Part shown: positions 39,943 to 49,858 of the stretch, piece by piece
Layout of the letters: the number at the start of each line of letters is the position of its first letter
Position numbering within the stretch: position 1 is the stretch's first letter
NCBI GenBank assembly: GCA_034669905.1
Contig: JAXMOL010000028.1
Span: forward strand, 28,244-92,243
Direction: 5' to 3'
From: Candidatus Hydrogenedentota bacterium
GTDB lineage: Bacteria > Hydrogenedentota > Hydrogenedentia > Hydrogenedentales > JAEUWI01
Length of the DNA: 64,000 nt
Notes under the pieces: generated by a model
What the model was told of the DNA's origin: nothing
The model's input: only the letters and a program-made list of their open reading frames with translations
The model's database searches: none
Made by a program: the position numbers and the translations under genes

Positions 39943-40584
39943 ATGTACCAGGCCACAAGGAGTGACCCCTTGGAAATTTTATCCTTTGAAATGACACCCT
40001 TCATGATGAATTGCTACGTGCTGAAAGATGGCGGCGAAACCATCGTCATCGATCCCGGGGAAGCCACGGCGGAACTTAAGGACTGCGTGGCGGATGATAA
40101 GGTGACCATGATCTTCAACACCCATTGCCATATCGATCACAGCGCGGGCAACGCCGGCATGGTGGCCGCCACCGGTGCGCCCCTCGTATGCCATGAAGAC
40201 GACCTCCCCCTGCTCCAGGGCCTCGCCCAACAGGGGCAGATGTTTGGCTACCCCTGCGAAGCCTCCCCCGACCCCGACCGCTTCATCAAAGAAGGCGATA
40301 CCGTGACCGTCGGCTCTGTGACCCTGGATGTACTCCACACCCCCGGCCATGCACCCGGCCACGTGGTCCTCGTGGGCGATGGTTTTGTCATTGGCGGCGA
40401 CGTCCTCTTTAATGGCTCCATCGGACGCACCGATTTACCCGGCGGCAACCACGAGCAATTGCTGGAATCCATCAAGACCAAGCTCTGGCCCCTGCCCGAC
40501 GAAACCGTGGTCTACTGCGGCCACGGCCCCTCCACCACCATCGGCAAAGAGCGGGCGACGAACCCCTTCCTGAGGGGCCTATGA
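39943..40584 (+). CDS. Metallo-beta-lactamase-fold hydrolase (glyoxalase II-like)
   Basis: THCHIDH, HTPGHAPG, GDVLFNGSIGRTDLPGG and GHGP motifs. Confidence 0.93.
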   Translation: MYQATRSDPLEILSFEMTPFMMNCYVLKDGGETIVIDPGEATAELKDCVADDKVTMIFNTHCHIDHSAGNAGMVAATGAPLVCHEDDLPLLQGLAQQGQMFGYPCEASPDPDRFIKEGDTVTVGSVTLDVLHTPGHAPGHVVLVGDGFVIGGDVLFNGSIGRTDLPGGNHEQLLESIKTKLWPLPDETVVYCGHGPSTTIGKERATNPFLRGL

Positions 40585-42467
40585 GCTCCCTGGCCGTCAT
40601 AGGGCTCTGTCTTCTGGGCGCCTTTGAAATCACCGTATCGCCCGACCAGCCCCTCCCCTACAGCTACACCGACGATCCCCTGATCGTCGAGCTGCGCAGT
40701 GACCAGGAGGGAACGGCTGACGTCCACATTACGGCGACCCCCACCGGCAACCACGAGCCGGTGGAAGCGACCTTTGAAGCCCTTCCCCTCGGCCCCCAGC
40801 TCAACCGCTGGTGCGCCCTCAAGGAAATCGGTACGGTGCGCGGACCCTGGACCCTTTCCATCCAGATCACGACAAACGGCGTGGAAGAAACTCTCACCGA
40901 TACGGCCTATCGTATCGATCGGCCCCATGACACCTTCCGCCACTCCCTCTATGCCTACGGGGACTCCTTCGACCGCAACACCCTTCTCGCGCTTCGTAGC
41001 GTCGCCATTGATACCATCCAACTCCCCCTGTCCCACCCGGATTTAAGGACCACCCTCGATACCTTGCGCGCCCTGGAGATGAAGGCCATTCTCCTCGTCA
41101 GCCGCCGCAATGAAGACGTGGAACAAATCCAGGCCATCGCCGGGGAATACTGTGATGTGCTCGCCGGATGGCAGGTCAGTTTCTCCCGGTTCCAGAACGC
41201 CCACCCCGCCTTTACGGCCACCCTCGAAACCCTCCGGGGATTGGCCTGTCAACGCCCGGTTCACGTGCGGATTTCGGACAAGAGCCTGACGGAGAGCGAT
41301 CGTGCCATGCTGGCATCCGCCCAACGCCTCGTGGTGGAATATGACGCCGACTCCTACGTGCCCCTGCGGGAATCCCTGGCCACCCAGGGCATTGGGGTCC
41401 TGCCCATCGATACCGTTATTCCAGGCGACACCATCAACCAACCCGACACCTTTCTCCCCCAACTATTCGAAGCCAACGCCCGGGGTGCCGAGGCGGCCGC
41501 CTTTCCTGTGGAACTGGTCTACGCCGATGGCGCCCTCCAGCCCGGGCTCTCGCGGCTAAATGCCATGGCCCAACGGGTGGCGCCAGGGGCCTACGCCGGG
41601 CGCATCCCCCAACCGGGCACAACCCGTCTGCAGGTCTTCTCCGTGGGCGACCACTGGCGGGCCACCACCTGGCGCACCGATGACAGCTCCACCATTGAGT
41701 TGCCCTACTCACCGGCACACCCCTTTTCCCTTATGGATGAATGGGGCAACGGCATCAAGAGCGAACCCGGCGAAAAAACCTGGACCCACCCCCTCTCCAC
41801 CAATTTTCTCTACATCACGGGACTCGGCGGCCCGGTCTTACGCACGGCGCTGATCAACCGCGCACGGCTGGAAGCAAAACGTGCGCTGGACGATGACGCC
41901 CTTGCCCCGGCATGGAACGACGCCCTCCGCGCCACGTTGACGACCATTGCCAACGACCCCGCCGATGTATCGAGCCGGGTACAATTCTTTGGCCTGCTGC
42001 GGGCCTTCCCCGAGATTGAAGAACGCTGGCATGCCGGCCTTCTCACCCGCCCGGTGGCCACCGAAGCCCTGGCCCGGGCCGCCACACTCGCCCGCACCCT
42101 TTGTCGCCTCGAATCGGCCCTGGGAGCGAGTTTCCTCGAACCCCTCCAGGATACCCTGGCGCGCTGTGAGGCCTTTCAGAGCGCCTATCTCACCGGCGCC
42201 ACCACCACGCCCCTGGCACGCCAGCGCGGCGATTGGATCGTATCGGAAGTGCGCCGGCTCATGGACGAGGCCGAAGCCCTCGGCAACTTTGACCGCCGCA
42301 TCGAAGCCGATGCCGTGGCCGCCCTCGCCGAATGGCGGGCACGGGCCCTCGAGCACGCCGTAAAAGCCGGCCCCCTCAGCAACCAACTCACGCTGCCCAC
42401 AGCGAAAATCGAAGAAAAAGAAGCCGAAGAAGAAGCACCCAAAAAAACCACCAGGAAGAAAAAATGA
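40581..42467 (+). CDS. Hypothetical exported protein
   Basis: Long ORF with ATGA overlaps at both ends and a hydrophobic N-terminus. Confidence 0.75.
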   Translation: MSSLAVIGLCLLGAFEITVSPDQPLPYSYTDDPLIVELRSDQEGTADVHITATPTGNHEPVEATFEALPLGPQLNRWCALKEIGTVRGPWTLSIQITTNGVEETLTDTAYRIDRPHDTFRHSLYAYGDSFDRNTLLALRSVAIDTIQLPLSHPDLRTTLDTLRALEMKAILLVSRRNEDVEQIQAIAGEYCDVLAGWQVSFSRFQNAHPAFTATLETLRGLACQRPVHVRISDKSLTESDRAMLASAQRLVVEYDADSYVPLRESLATQGIGVLPIDTVIPGDTINQPDTFLPQLFEANARGAEAAAFPVELVYADGALQPGLSRLNAMAQRVAPGAYAGRIPQPGTTRLQVFSVGDHWRATTWRTDDSSTIELPYSPAHPFSLMDEWGNGIKSEPGEKTWTHPLSTNFLYITGLGGPVLRTALINRARLEAKRALDDDALAPAWNDALRATLTTIANDPADVSSRVQFFGLLRAFPEIEERWHAGLLTRPVATEALARAATLARTLCRLESALGASFLEPLQDTLARCEAFQSAYLTGATTTPLARQRGDWIVSEVRRLMDEAEALGNFDRRIEADAVAALAEWRARALEHAVKAGPLSNQLTLPTAKIEEKEAEEEAPKKTTRKKK

Positions 42468-43435
42468 ACCGTATCGGGGTACTGACCAGTGGGGGCGATT
42501 CGCCCGGGATGAATGCAGCCGTCCGCGCCGTGGTGCGCGCAGGCATTGAAAAAGGGCTCGAGGTCGTCGGGATTCACCGGGGCTATCAGGGCATGATCAA
42601 TGGGGAGATGGAACTCCTCGCCGCACGCTCCGTGAGTGGCATCATCAACCGGGGCGGCACTATCCTCCACTCCGCACGGTGCATGGAATTCATGCACCCC
42701 GAAGGCCGCGCCCGGGCCGCCGAAAAACTACGGGAGTGGGATATCGAAGGCATCGTCGTCATTGGCGGGGATGGCTCCTACCGCGGTGCCCACGCCCTCT
42801 ACACCGAACACGGCATCACCTGCATCGGATTGCCCGGCACCATCGACAACGACATCGGTGGCACGGAGTACACCATTGGCTTCGACACGGCCATCAACAC
42901 GGCCATGGACGCTATCGACCGGGTGCGCGATACCGCCGCCTCCCACGACCGCATTTTCTTTGTGGAGGTCATGGGACGCAACAGTGGCTATATCTCCATG
43001 ATCACCGCCCTCGCCGGGGGAGCCGAAGAAGTGCTGGTGCCCGAACGGCCCACCGACATTCCCCGGCTGATCGAAACCCTGCGCGCCGGACAGCGGGGCG
43101 GCAAGACCTCCATGATTGTGGTGGTCGCCGAAGGGGACGATGCCGGCAATGCCCTCGAAATCGCCCAGAAAGTGGCCGACACCTCCGAATTCAAGAACAC
43201 CCGCGTCACCATCATTGGACACCTCCAGCGGGGGGGCAGCCCTACCGCCTTTGACCGCGTACTCGCCAGCCGCATGGGTGTCCACGCCGTCACGGCCCTC
43301 CTCGAAGGCGAAAGCGGCAAAATGGTCGGCATCCGCAATCAAGCCATGGTGCTCTGCCCCCTGAGTGAAGCCTGGGAAAACCGCACCATGTTCCAGCCCG
43401 AGTTGCTCGAAGTATTGCGCGTACTCGGGACCTGA
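42464..43435 (+). CDS. pfkA: ATP-dependent 6-phosphofructokinase
   Basis: IGVLTSGGDSPGMNAA, IGGDGS, PGTIDND, EVMGR and GHLQRGG motifs. Confidence 0.97.
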   Translation: MNRIGVLTSGGDSPGMNAAVRAVVRAGIEKGLEVVGIHRGYQGMINGEMELLAARSVSGIINRGGTILHSARCMEFMHPEGRARAAEKLREWDIEGIVVIGGDGSYRGAHALYTEHGITCIGLPGTIDNDIGGTEYTIGFDTAINTAMDAIDRVRDTAASHDRIFFVEVMGRNSGYISMITALAGGAEEVLVPERPTDIPRLIETLRAGQRGGKTSMIVVVAEGDDAGNALEIAQKVADTSEFKNTRVTIIGHLQRGGSPTAFDRVLASRMGVHAVTALLEGESGKMVGIRNQAMVLCPLSEAWENRTMFQPELLEVLRVLGT

Positions 43436-43599
43436 GGAAAAGACTTCGCACTGCCCGCCGGCTCCACAAAACCCGAAAAACACCGTGGGGTGCCCCGGTC
43501 AAGGGCCGAAAGCCCTTGCCCGTGCACTCGCCTCGGCGATCTTGATCTCTGGCGATGGAATTACAACGGCCGTTAAACTGTGGCTTCGAACAACAAGGT

Positions 43600-43628
43600 A
43601 GACAAATTTTCTGCGCTGAGGCATACTT
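43600..43628 (+). promoter_or_regulatory. Putative sigma70 promoter of the islet gene
   Basis: TAGACA-N17-CATACT upstream of 43677. Confidence 0.45.
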
Positions 43629-43676
43629 TATACACCAAAGTACTGTGAAGTAACTGCAAGCCGATGGGGCATCTAT

Positions 43677-44957
43677 ATGGACAGAAGTAGAAAACGTTAC
43701 CTCGTGCCTATCGCAATGCTTCTATTTGCTGTCACACCTTGGACATTGCGCCAATGCCTGACCATCTACTACGACGCGACGAACCCGATTCAGATTGCTG
43801 TTTCCAAACTCCGGCAGCCCGATGTTTATGAACACGCTGCCATGGAACTCGTGCGGTACTGTAGGTCCCGACCACTTCGCGCTCTGGCTGGAGAAGGGGA
43901 CGTGTTTCGACTGGGAATCTCGAACCGACGAGGATACGGCGACACTCTCGGTCCCGCCTGGATTCCGGAACCCCTACTGAGCAACATCCTTCCCCCGCTC
44001 CGCAGCGCTTGGAGTGGTAGCCGTTCGCCCGCGCCGTGGGGTCACATACGATTTACGCAGACGGGCTGCAGAATGGAGTTGCCGGGAAATATCGGCTACG
44101 AGGTAGTCTCTCCCAACCCGACTAAAACTCCCTCCACAGGGTGGGAGGTATATCTCGTTCACCAAGGCAAACGTGACTTTATCGCACAGATTGACGATAC
44201 CCAAGAAACCGCACTAACTCGCTCGGAAGCACTGGAACGGGTGCGCCAGGGGCTCGGGACAATCAATGAAACTTGGGGCTTGCGAAGAGATTTTGAGATG
44301 GATGAAGATTCCTTGACACTATTTCTAAGCTCGCGCGAAGAAGCACGCGCAGCGTGTCGAAGATTGCTGGCGGCCACTCCCGACAACGGTAGCGTTGTCG
44401 TGCTCAACGCGTTGCTTCGGGCGGAGGAACAGTCCCCGGAAGAGGGAGCCCTTTTAGTCCAGGAGTGGCACGACCGGAAGCCTTCATCCGAACGCAACGC
44501 CGTCCTTGCCAACTTCTATTACCTGCTGGGCGATTCAGAGCGCGTGGCAAATTCAATGCGGGACTTTGGGAGCAATAGCTGGAACGAATCCGCCTCGCAT
44601 GAATCCTTCATTCGCGCAACCACGCTGGCACTTGGCATGTACGTATGGAGAGAAGGTTACCCTGTAGCGGGTCGCGACGCTGTCCTCTTCAGCCTTGAAG
44701 CCCGCCCCGGAATGGAGTATCCGCAGTGGTGGATTGCCATACAGAGCGCATTGGGAAAGGCGGGGTCGGTACAAACGCCCGAAGACCTATTGAGTTTGGT
44801 TCGCAACCATACCGACGACGAAGTAGTCCTGAATCCCATCTCGATGAGATGTTACGGGGTGGACGACCCGAGAGCCCTGGCTTTTGCGGACTTTCTCGAC
44901 CACATTTGTACCGTCCGTTCCTCGCTGCTGACCGTACCGTCCCTGATGACGTATTGA
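43677..44957 (+). CDS. Hypothetical membrane-anchored protein on an inserted islet
   Basis: 426-aa ORF with an N-terminal hydrophobic segment. Codon usage is visibly less GC3-biased than in flanking genes. Confidence 0.7.
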   Translation: MDRSRKRYLVPIAMLLFAVTPWTLRQCLTIYYDATNPIQIAVSKLRQPDVYEHAAMELVRYCRSRPLRALAGEGDVFRLGISNRRGYGDTLGPAWIPEPLLSNILPPLRSAWSGSRSPAPWGHIRFTQTGCRMELPGNIGYEVVSPNPTKTPSTGWEVYLVHQGKRDFIAQIDDTQETALTRSEALERVRQGLGTINETWGLRRDFEMDEDSLTLFLSSREEARAACRRLLAATPDNGSVVVLNALLRAEEQSPEEGALLVQEWHDRKPSSERNAVLANFYYLLGDSERVANSMRDFGSNSWNESASHESFIRATTLALGMYVWREGYPVAGRDAVLFSLEARPGMEYPQWWIAIQSALGKAGSVQTPEDLLSLVRNHTDDEVVLNPISMRCYGVDDPRALAFADFLDHICTVRSSLLTVPSLMTY

Positions 44958-44971
44958 CCACCGAAAGCCAG

Positions 44972-45136
44972 CGCATGGGTGTCCACGCCGTCACCGCCCT
45001 CCTCGAAGGCGAAAGCGGCAAAATGGTCGGTATCCGCAATCAAGCCATGGTGCTCTGCCCCCTGAGTGAAGCCTGGGAAAACCGCACCATGTTCCAGCCC
45101 GAGTTGCTCGAAGTATTGCGCGTACTCGGGACCTGA
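44972..45136 (+). pseudogene. Duplicated 3' end of pfkA (att-like direct repeat)
   Basis: 165 bp matching 43271-43435 with two synonymous substitutions. Confidence 0.92.
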
Positions 45137-45194
45137 CGCCCCGTAGTCCTGTTGCCTTCACGCGGACCGACGGTGCACTGCCGTCTCCGTTATT

Positions 45195-45304
45195 GGGGAC
45201 AAGTGGGACTTGTGTGACCGGTGGGACGTTGGCCGGTGGGAGCCCCCCGTCTGTCTTGCCCGTCCCACGGGTCCCCTTTGTCTCACGGGTCCCACGGGCG
45301 TCAC
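45195..45304. repeat. 9-nt-periodic GGGAC/GTCCC inverted repeat
   Basis: Four GGGAC-like units at 9-nt spacing face four GTCCC-like units. Confidence 0.7.
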
Positions 45305-45332
45305 CACAGACGATTCGCTTTACCGTGGCCCA

Positions 45333-46646
45333 TCACAGCAACCGTCGAAATCCCGTGTGGGCCTCCGGGCCTTCCAGGGCAGCGGTGACCCTGTCCTGTT
45401 TCAAGGCGCTCGCCATCATTCCAAACACCTCGTTCACCGCCTCCCCATAGGTCGCCACATGGGCATCCGTGTGGGCCAGCGTCGGATAGATGACTGTGCT
45501 CGCCAGAAAACCCCGCTTGAGCATCTCCTGCACATACAGGGTTTTCAGCAGGTTGGCCTGGGGGTGGTCAAAGGCAAAGTGGGCGAAACAGGGATAGCCA
45601 TCGTCCACCGTCACGGGAATGCCGTGGGCCGCCGCGGCGTCGCGCCAGAGCGTCTGGACCGCCGTGCCAATGCGCGCCACGTGACCCACCACGTCTTCCT
45701 CCGCCATCACCTCCAACACCGCCAGCGCCGCGACCGGGCCGACGGATTCGGTCCAATAGGTGCTGCTGACAAAGGAGCCGTGGGCACCGGCCATGGCCGC
45801 TTCCGTGCCGATGACGGCACTGATGGGGTGGCCATTGCCCAGGGCCTTGGCGAAGATGGCCAGGTCGGGATCGATGCCCAGTTCCAGGTGGGCGCCGCCA
45901 AAACACAGGCGCCAGCCGATGGTGATCTCGTCGAATACGAGCAAGGCACCATGACGGGTGCAACCACCGCGAACCGCCTCCAGAAAACCCGGCGCGGGGT
46001 CCTGATAGCGGCAGGGCTCCATGACAACCGCAGCAAGCCGGTCGCCATACTCAGATAACATTTCTTCAAAGGCCGTAAAATCGTTGGCGGTGAAGGCCAC
46101 CGTCGTTCCCCGAAGCGCGCTGGGCACGCCTTCCGGTGAAAGTCCCGGCAGCAGATGCCCCTTCAGCGCGTCGCTTTCACCCAGGTTCGCCGCAAGATAC
46201 CAATCCTGCCAACCGTGATAGCCACAGATGGCAATCACATCACGCCCCGTCGTCGCCCGTGCAATACGGGCGGCCATGGCACAGGCCTCGCCACCGGTCC
46301 GGGCGAAACGGGCCTGCTCCGCCCAGGGGTGAATTTCACAGAGGCGGTCGGCGAGCTCCACTTCTTCGGGGGCGTTGAGGCTGCACATGCTCCCCGCAGC
46401 GACCCGCCGCGTAACGGCTTCCGTCACCTTGGGATGGGCGAAGCCCAACAGACAGGCGCCGATGCCATTAAAGGCCATGTCGGTGTATTCCCGATCATCC
46501 AGGTCCCACGCCGTCGCACCCTGGGCCCGTTTAAAATACGCAGGCCACTGATCGGGCGCAAACATCTCGGGCCGCTTGCTCAAGAGCTGGGTACCGCCGG
46601 GGATGCGCGTCTTGGCGTGTTGGTAAAGATCCTGGGTCTTGGACAT
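45333..46646 (-). CDS. Class III aminotransferase (glutamate-1-semialdehyde-aminomutase-like)
   Basis: RIPGGTQLLSKRP, FARTGGEA, GYHGW, LVFDEITIGWR and FAKALGNG motifs. Confidence 0.9.
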   Translation of the reverse strand: MSKTQDLYQHAKTRIPGGTQLLSKRPEMFAPDQWPAYFKRAQGATAWDLDDREYTDMAFNGIGACLLGFAHPKVTEAVTRRVAAGSMCSLNAPEEVELADRLCEIHPWAEQARFARTGGEACAMAARIARATTGRDVIAICGYHGWQDWYLAANLGESDALKGHLLPGLSPEGVPSALRGTTVAFTANDFTAFEEMLSEYGDRLAAVVMEPCRYQDPAPGFLEAVRGGCTRHGALLVFDEITIGWRLCFGGAHLELGIDPDLAIFAKALGNGHPISAVIGTEAAMAGAHGSFVSSTYWTESVGPVAALAVLEVMAEEDVVGHVARIGTAVQTLWRDAAAAHGIPVTVDDGYPCFAHFAFDHPQANLLKTLYVQEMLKRGFLASTVIYPTLAHTDAHVATYGEAVNEVFGMMASALKQDRVTAALEGPEAHTGFRRLL

Positions 46647-46677
46647 GGAAACACTCCGGGTTATAACCGTGGTTTTT

Positions 46678-46769
46678 GTGGACTTGGTGGACGTTGTGGA
46701 CAAGGTGGACACGCCCTACTTTTTCAGTTCCACTCCGTCCACTCAGTCCACAACGTCCACCTCGTCCAC
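46678..46769. repeat. 9-nt-periodic GTGGAC/GTCCAC inverted repeat
   Basis: GTGGAC at 46678, 46687, 46696 and 46705. GTCCAC at 46737, 46746, 46755 and 46764. Confidence 0.85.
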
Positions 46770-46802
46770 AGAATCACCTGCCTTGTCGTCGATCAGAGTG
46801 GT

Positions 46803-47510
46803 CTATTTCGCCAGCGCGTAGTCCGCGCGCAGTGTCGGGTCAGGCTGACAGTGAACCCCACGAAAAACCATGAGAAGTCCACAACGGGAGGCGTCACTGG
46901 TGTTGGGCGCGCTATAGTGAATCGTATTGCAATGATGAATCAGGGCATCGCCCGGCTTCAGCAACACCGTCCAGCCTTCGTCCTTGTCCACCGCTTCCGC
47001 CAGGCCCATGGAATTACCGGCCACGCCTGATTGCACATGGGGCCGGGCGCCATCCAGATGGCTGCCCCGCACATAAGAGATGGGGCCATTCGCTTCGGTC
47101 ACCTCATCGATAGCCACCCAGACCGTGAGCGCATCCGGCGGCGTAAGGCAAAAATAAGCGTTGTCCTGGTGGGGCGGCACGGCGGACCCGACGCGGGCGG
47201 GTTTGTTGAAGGATTCCACCCCCATGACGACCGACTCACCACCGACCAGATGGGTGACGAGGGCCTGGAGGGCCTCCCCCTTTGTCAGGTTGGCGAACCA
47301 GGGGTCGTGCACCTCCATCCGCCAGCAGTTGCGCACCGACACCCCATCGGCCTCCATAACAATGTCGTTGGGCGGCAATCCTGGCACGACTTCATCGGCA
47401 TAGCGCTGCAGTGCCTCGCGAATTTCTTCAATCTCGACCAGGGAAAAGAGCTGCTCCACGTGGATAACCCCCTCTTCCCCATACTGCTTCGCCAATGCCG
47501 GGATGTTCAT
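46803..47510 (-). CDS. Phytanoyl-CoA dioxygenase family (Fe/2-oxoglutarate) protein
   Basis: PPHQDNAY, VWVAID..NGP..VRGSH and HYSAPN motifs. Confidence 0.9.
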   Translation of the reverse strand: MNIPALAKQYGEEGVIHVEQLFSLVEIEEIREALQRYADEVVPGLPPNDIVMEADGVSVRNCWRMEVHDPWFANLTKGEALQALVTHLVGGESVVMGVESFNKPARVGSAVPPHQDNAYFCLTPPDALTVWVAIDEVTEANGPISYVRGSHLDGARPHVQSGVAGNSMGLAEAVDKDEGWTVLLKPGDALIHHCNTIHYSAPNTSDASRCGLLMVFRGVHCQPDPTLRADYALAK

Positions 47511-47511
47511 C

Positions 47512-48519
47512 TCAACGCGCTCCCACCGGTTGCCAGGTCTGGGTTTCGGCGGATTTCAGGGCCGCCAGATTAACGTGCAAGGTTTGAATGCCCTCTTCCA
47601 GGGTGCAGCGGGCAGGGGCAATCCCCGCGATGGCATCCAGAATCGCTTCTGCATTCAGCGTATACCATGAGTCCCGCTCCGGCAAGTCAAAGGCCTCATC
47701 GATCCAGGGCCCTTCGATTTCGTTCATACAGCGCCAACGCCTCTCGTGCACTTCCAGGCGCAGGGTCCCTTTTTCACACACGATGGTGATGGTGGATTCG
47801 TTGTTGGACTGGTAGAGATTCGTGGCGTAGCTGGCGAGCACGTCGCCGTGGCGCGCAATAGCGTGCACCGTGTCTTCCACCTCTACCCCTTCCAGCAGTT
47901 GGTGCGCTGCGTCCACCGCGATGCGATCCATGGGCCCGAGAAACCACTCGCAGACATTCCAGATATGGGTGATGGAATCCTGGATGGCCCCACCACCCTG
48001 GGCGCGATCGGCAAAGTAGATGTCCCGATAGGCCGGACGGTATTTCGGGAAGTGCTGCCCAATCATGGCGTAGAGCTGAAGGGGCTTGCCCAACTGCCCA
48101 CTATCCAATTTGGCTTTCATGGCCACCACACCGGGGTGCGCCCGGTAGTTGTAGCTCACCACGGCCGTCAGTTTTTTCTCGGCGACAATCTGCTGCAATT
48201 CATCCAGGCCATCCAGCGAAGTCGACAGGGGCTTCTCGATAATGAGATGGAGCCCTGCCTTCGCCACGGTGATGGCTATCGGAATGTGGGTGTGGGCCGG
48301 CGTGGCAATCAGCGCACCATCCCACCCCGCCGCCAATGCGGTGTCGAAGTCATCAAACGATTCGGTAATGCCATAGCGCTCCGCGATGGTGTTTCGCAGT
48401 TCAGCGTTAAGCTCGCAGATTCCGATGTCCGTCCGCCCCGTGGCCAGGTAACACCGCACGTGCCGCTCCCCGATGGAGCCCACGCCAATGACGAGGATGC
48501 GAAGTTTCTTGGTGCTCAT
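47512..48519 (-). CDS. Gfo/Idh/MocA family oxidoreductase
   Basis: IGVGSIGERH, IATPAHTH and IEKPL motifs. Confidence 0.9.
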   Translation of the reverse strand: MSTKKLRILVIGVGSIGERHVRCYLATGRTDIGICELNAELRNTIAERYGITESFDDFDTALAAGWDGALIATPAHTHIPIAITVAKAGLHLIIEKPLSTSLDGLDELQQIVAEKKLTAVVSYNYRAHPGVVAMKAKLDSGQLGKPLQLYAMIGQHFPKYRPAYRDIYFADRAQGGGAIQDSITHIWNVCEWFLGPMDRIAVDAAHQLLEGVEVEDTVHAIARHGDVLASYATNLYQSNNESTITIVCEKGTLRLEVHERRWRCMNEIEGPWIDEAFDLPERDSWYTLNAEAILDAIAGIAPARCTLEEGIQTLHVNLAALKSAETQTWQPVGAR

Positions 48520-48526
48520 AATTACC

Positions 48527-48702
48527 TCTCGTTGCTACGGTCCCCCGTAGCAATGCCTACCGTTCCGCTCCTGCGGAATAACTTTGTCAGCAGCTATGCC
48601 CGCAATATCAGAGGACTGCGAGAATGGAACAACCTTTTTTCTTACCCGTCTTACGCAGGAGCGTAAGGGTATGCGTGACCACGGGGGACCGTGGTCACGA
48701 GC
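48527..48702. repeat. REP-like doublet
   Basis: ctcgttgctacggtcccccgtagcaatgcc ... gcgtgaccacgggggaccgtggtcacgag in inverted orientation. Confidence 0.75.
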
Positions 48703-48712
48703 GTGATAAACC

Positions 48713-49858
48713 TTACAACTCCTGCCATTCCCCGGTCTCGGCCGACGTATACGCCGCATCCAACTGGCGCTGCAATTCGGCCGCACCTTGAATCGTCAAA
48801 TGGGCTTCTTCCTTACCCCCCACGGCCGCCAGGAAATTATAAAGACAGGCCACGTGGGAGCGGAGCCAGCCGATGTTGCAAGCCGGTGCCGGGAACATCC
48901 CCCCCGGCGCGGCATAGCGACTCACCGTCTCAATCTTCTTGAAGCCACGCTCACCACCAAAGTCACCGCCCTTGTCGCGGGCATCGAAAACCTCCACCCA
49001 ATTGGGGTCCATGAGGTTAAAGCGAATCGCGCCCTTCTCCCCATGAATCTCTACGCGCAGCTCGTCGTTGGTGCCCGTCGCAATCTTGGTTGCTTCCACG
49101 CTGCCCAGGGCACCGCAGGCGGTCCGCACCAGCATGAGCGCCAGGTCGTCGGTCTCCACCTTGGTCATTTCGCCCGTTTCCGGGTGCTTGCGCTGGGCCA
49201 CGGCCGTGTGGGTTTCACAAAAGATCTTGGCGGGCTTGCCCAGGAGATAGTTGATCAGATCAAGGACGTGGCTGCCCAAATCATAGAGCACCCCACCCCC
49301 ACCTTTTTCCTTGTCCAACTTCCACTTCAGCGGCTTGTTGGGGTCCGCAGAACTGGCGTGAAGGTAACTCGCCCGGAAGCTGTAGACCTTGCCCAGGAAA
49401 TCTTCGTCCATAAGCTGCTTGGCCTTGAGCGTACAGGGGTAGAAACGATACTGGAGCGCCACCTGGGTCACGATATCGGGCGAACTGTTTACCAGCGCGG
49501 CCACCATATCCTGACACTCGGCATAGCTGCTGCCCAGGGGCTTGTCACAGTAAATGTGCTTGCCCGCTTCCGCCGCCGCCACCACCTGGTCGCGGTGGAG
49601 GTTGTTGGGCGTGCACACGTGGATGATGTCGATATCGTCCCGGTCGAGCAGGTCCTGGAAATTCGTCGTACCAAACTCAAACTTGCCTTCGGCCACGGCC
49701 GCGTCGAGGGTTTCCGGACGACGGACGCACACGCCTTTCAGGGCAAATTTAATGGGCAACTCGCTGTAGAAGAAGGGAATGGTGTGGTAGCCAAAGGTAT
49801 GGGTCTTGCCCATGAAGCCATAGCCCACTACACCAACACCGTAGACTTTTTCACTCAT
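48713..49858 (-). CDS. Gfo/Idh/MocA family oxidoreductase
   Basis: VGYGFMGKTH, CTPNNLH, YCDKPL and GGGVLYDLGSH motifs. Confidence 0.92.
   Translation of the reverse strand: MSEKVYGVGVVGYGFMGKTHTFGYHTIPFFYSELPIKFALKGVCVRRPETLDAAVAEGKFEFGTTNFQDLLDRDDIDIIHVCTPNNLHRDQVVAAAEAGKHIYCDKPLGSSYAECQDMVAALVNSSPDIVTQVALQYRFYPCTLKAKQLMDEDFLGKVYSFRASYLHASSADPNKPLKWKLDKEKGGGGVLYDLGSHVLDLINYLLGKPAKIFCETHTAVAQRKHPETGEMTKVETDDLALMLVRTACGALGSVEATKIATGTNDELRVEIHGEKGAIRFNLMDPNWVEVFDARDKGGDFGGERGFKKIETVSRYAAPGGMFPAPACNIGWLRSHVACLYNFLAAVGGKEEAHLTIQGAAELQRQLDAAYTSAETGEWQEL

Noticed and set aside
44726..45136. 136-aa ORF ending in PfkA sequence, as a second or chimeric pfk gene
   Set aside because: Its 5' part overlaps the islet gene in another frame. 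Only the duplicated 165 bp is PfkA-derived and the catalytic motifs are absent.
45333..46646. hemL (tetrapyrrole GSA aminomutase)
   Set aside because: It lacks the PGGVNSPVR signature, having PGGTQLLSKRP instead, and lies in a sugar-metabolism context.
46647..46712. Ser/Thr-rich N-terminal extension of the aminotransferase (similar extensions at 52403-52540 and 11770-12318)
   Set aside because: These are translations of intergenic repeats or of the antisense of a neighbouring gene. Family similarity starts at the downstream ATGs.
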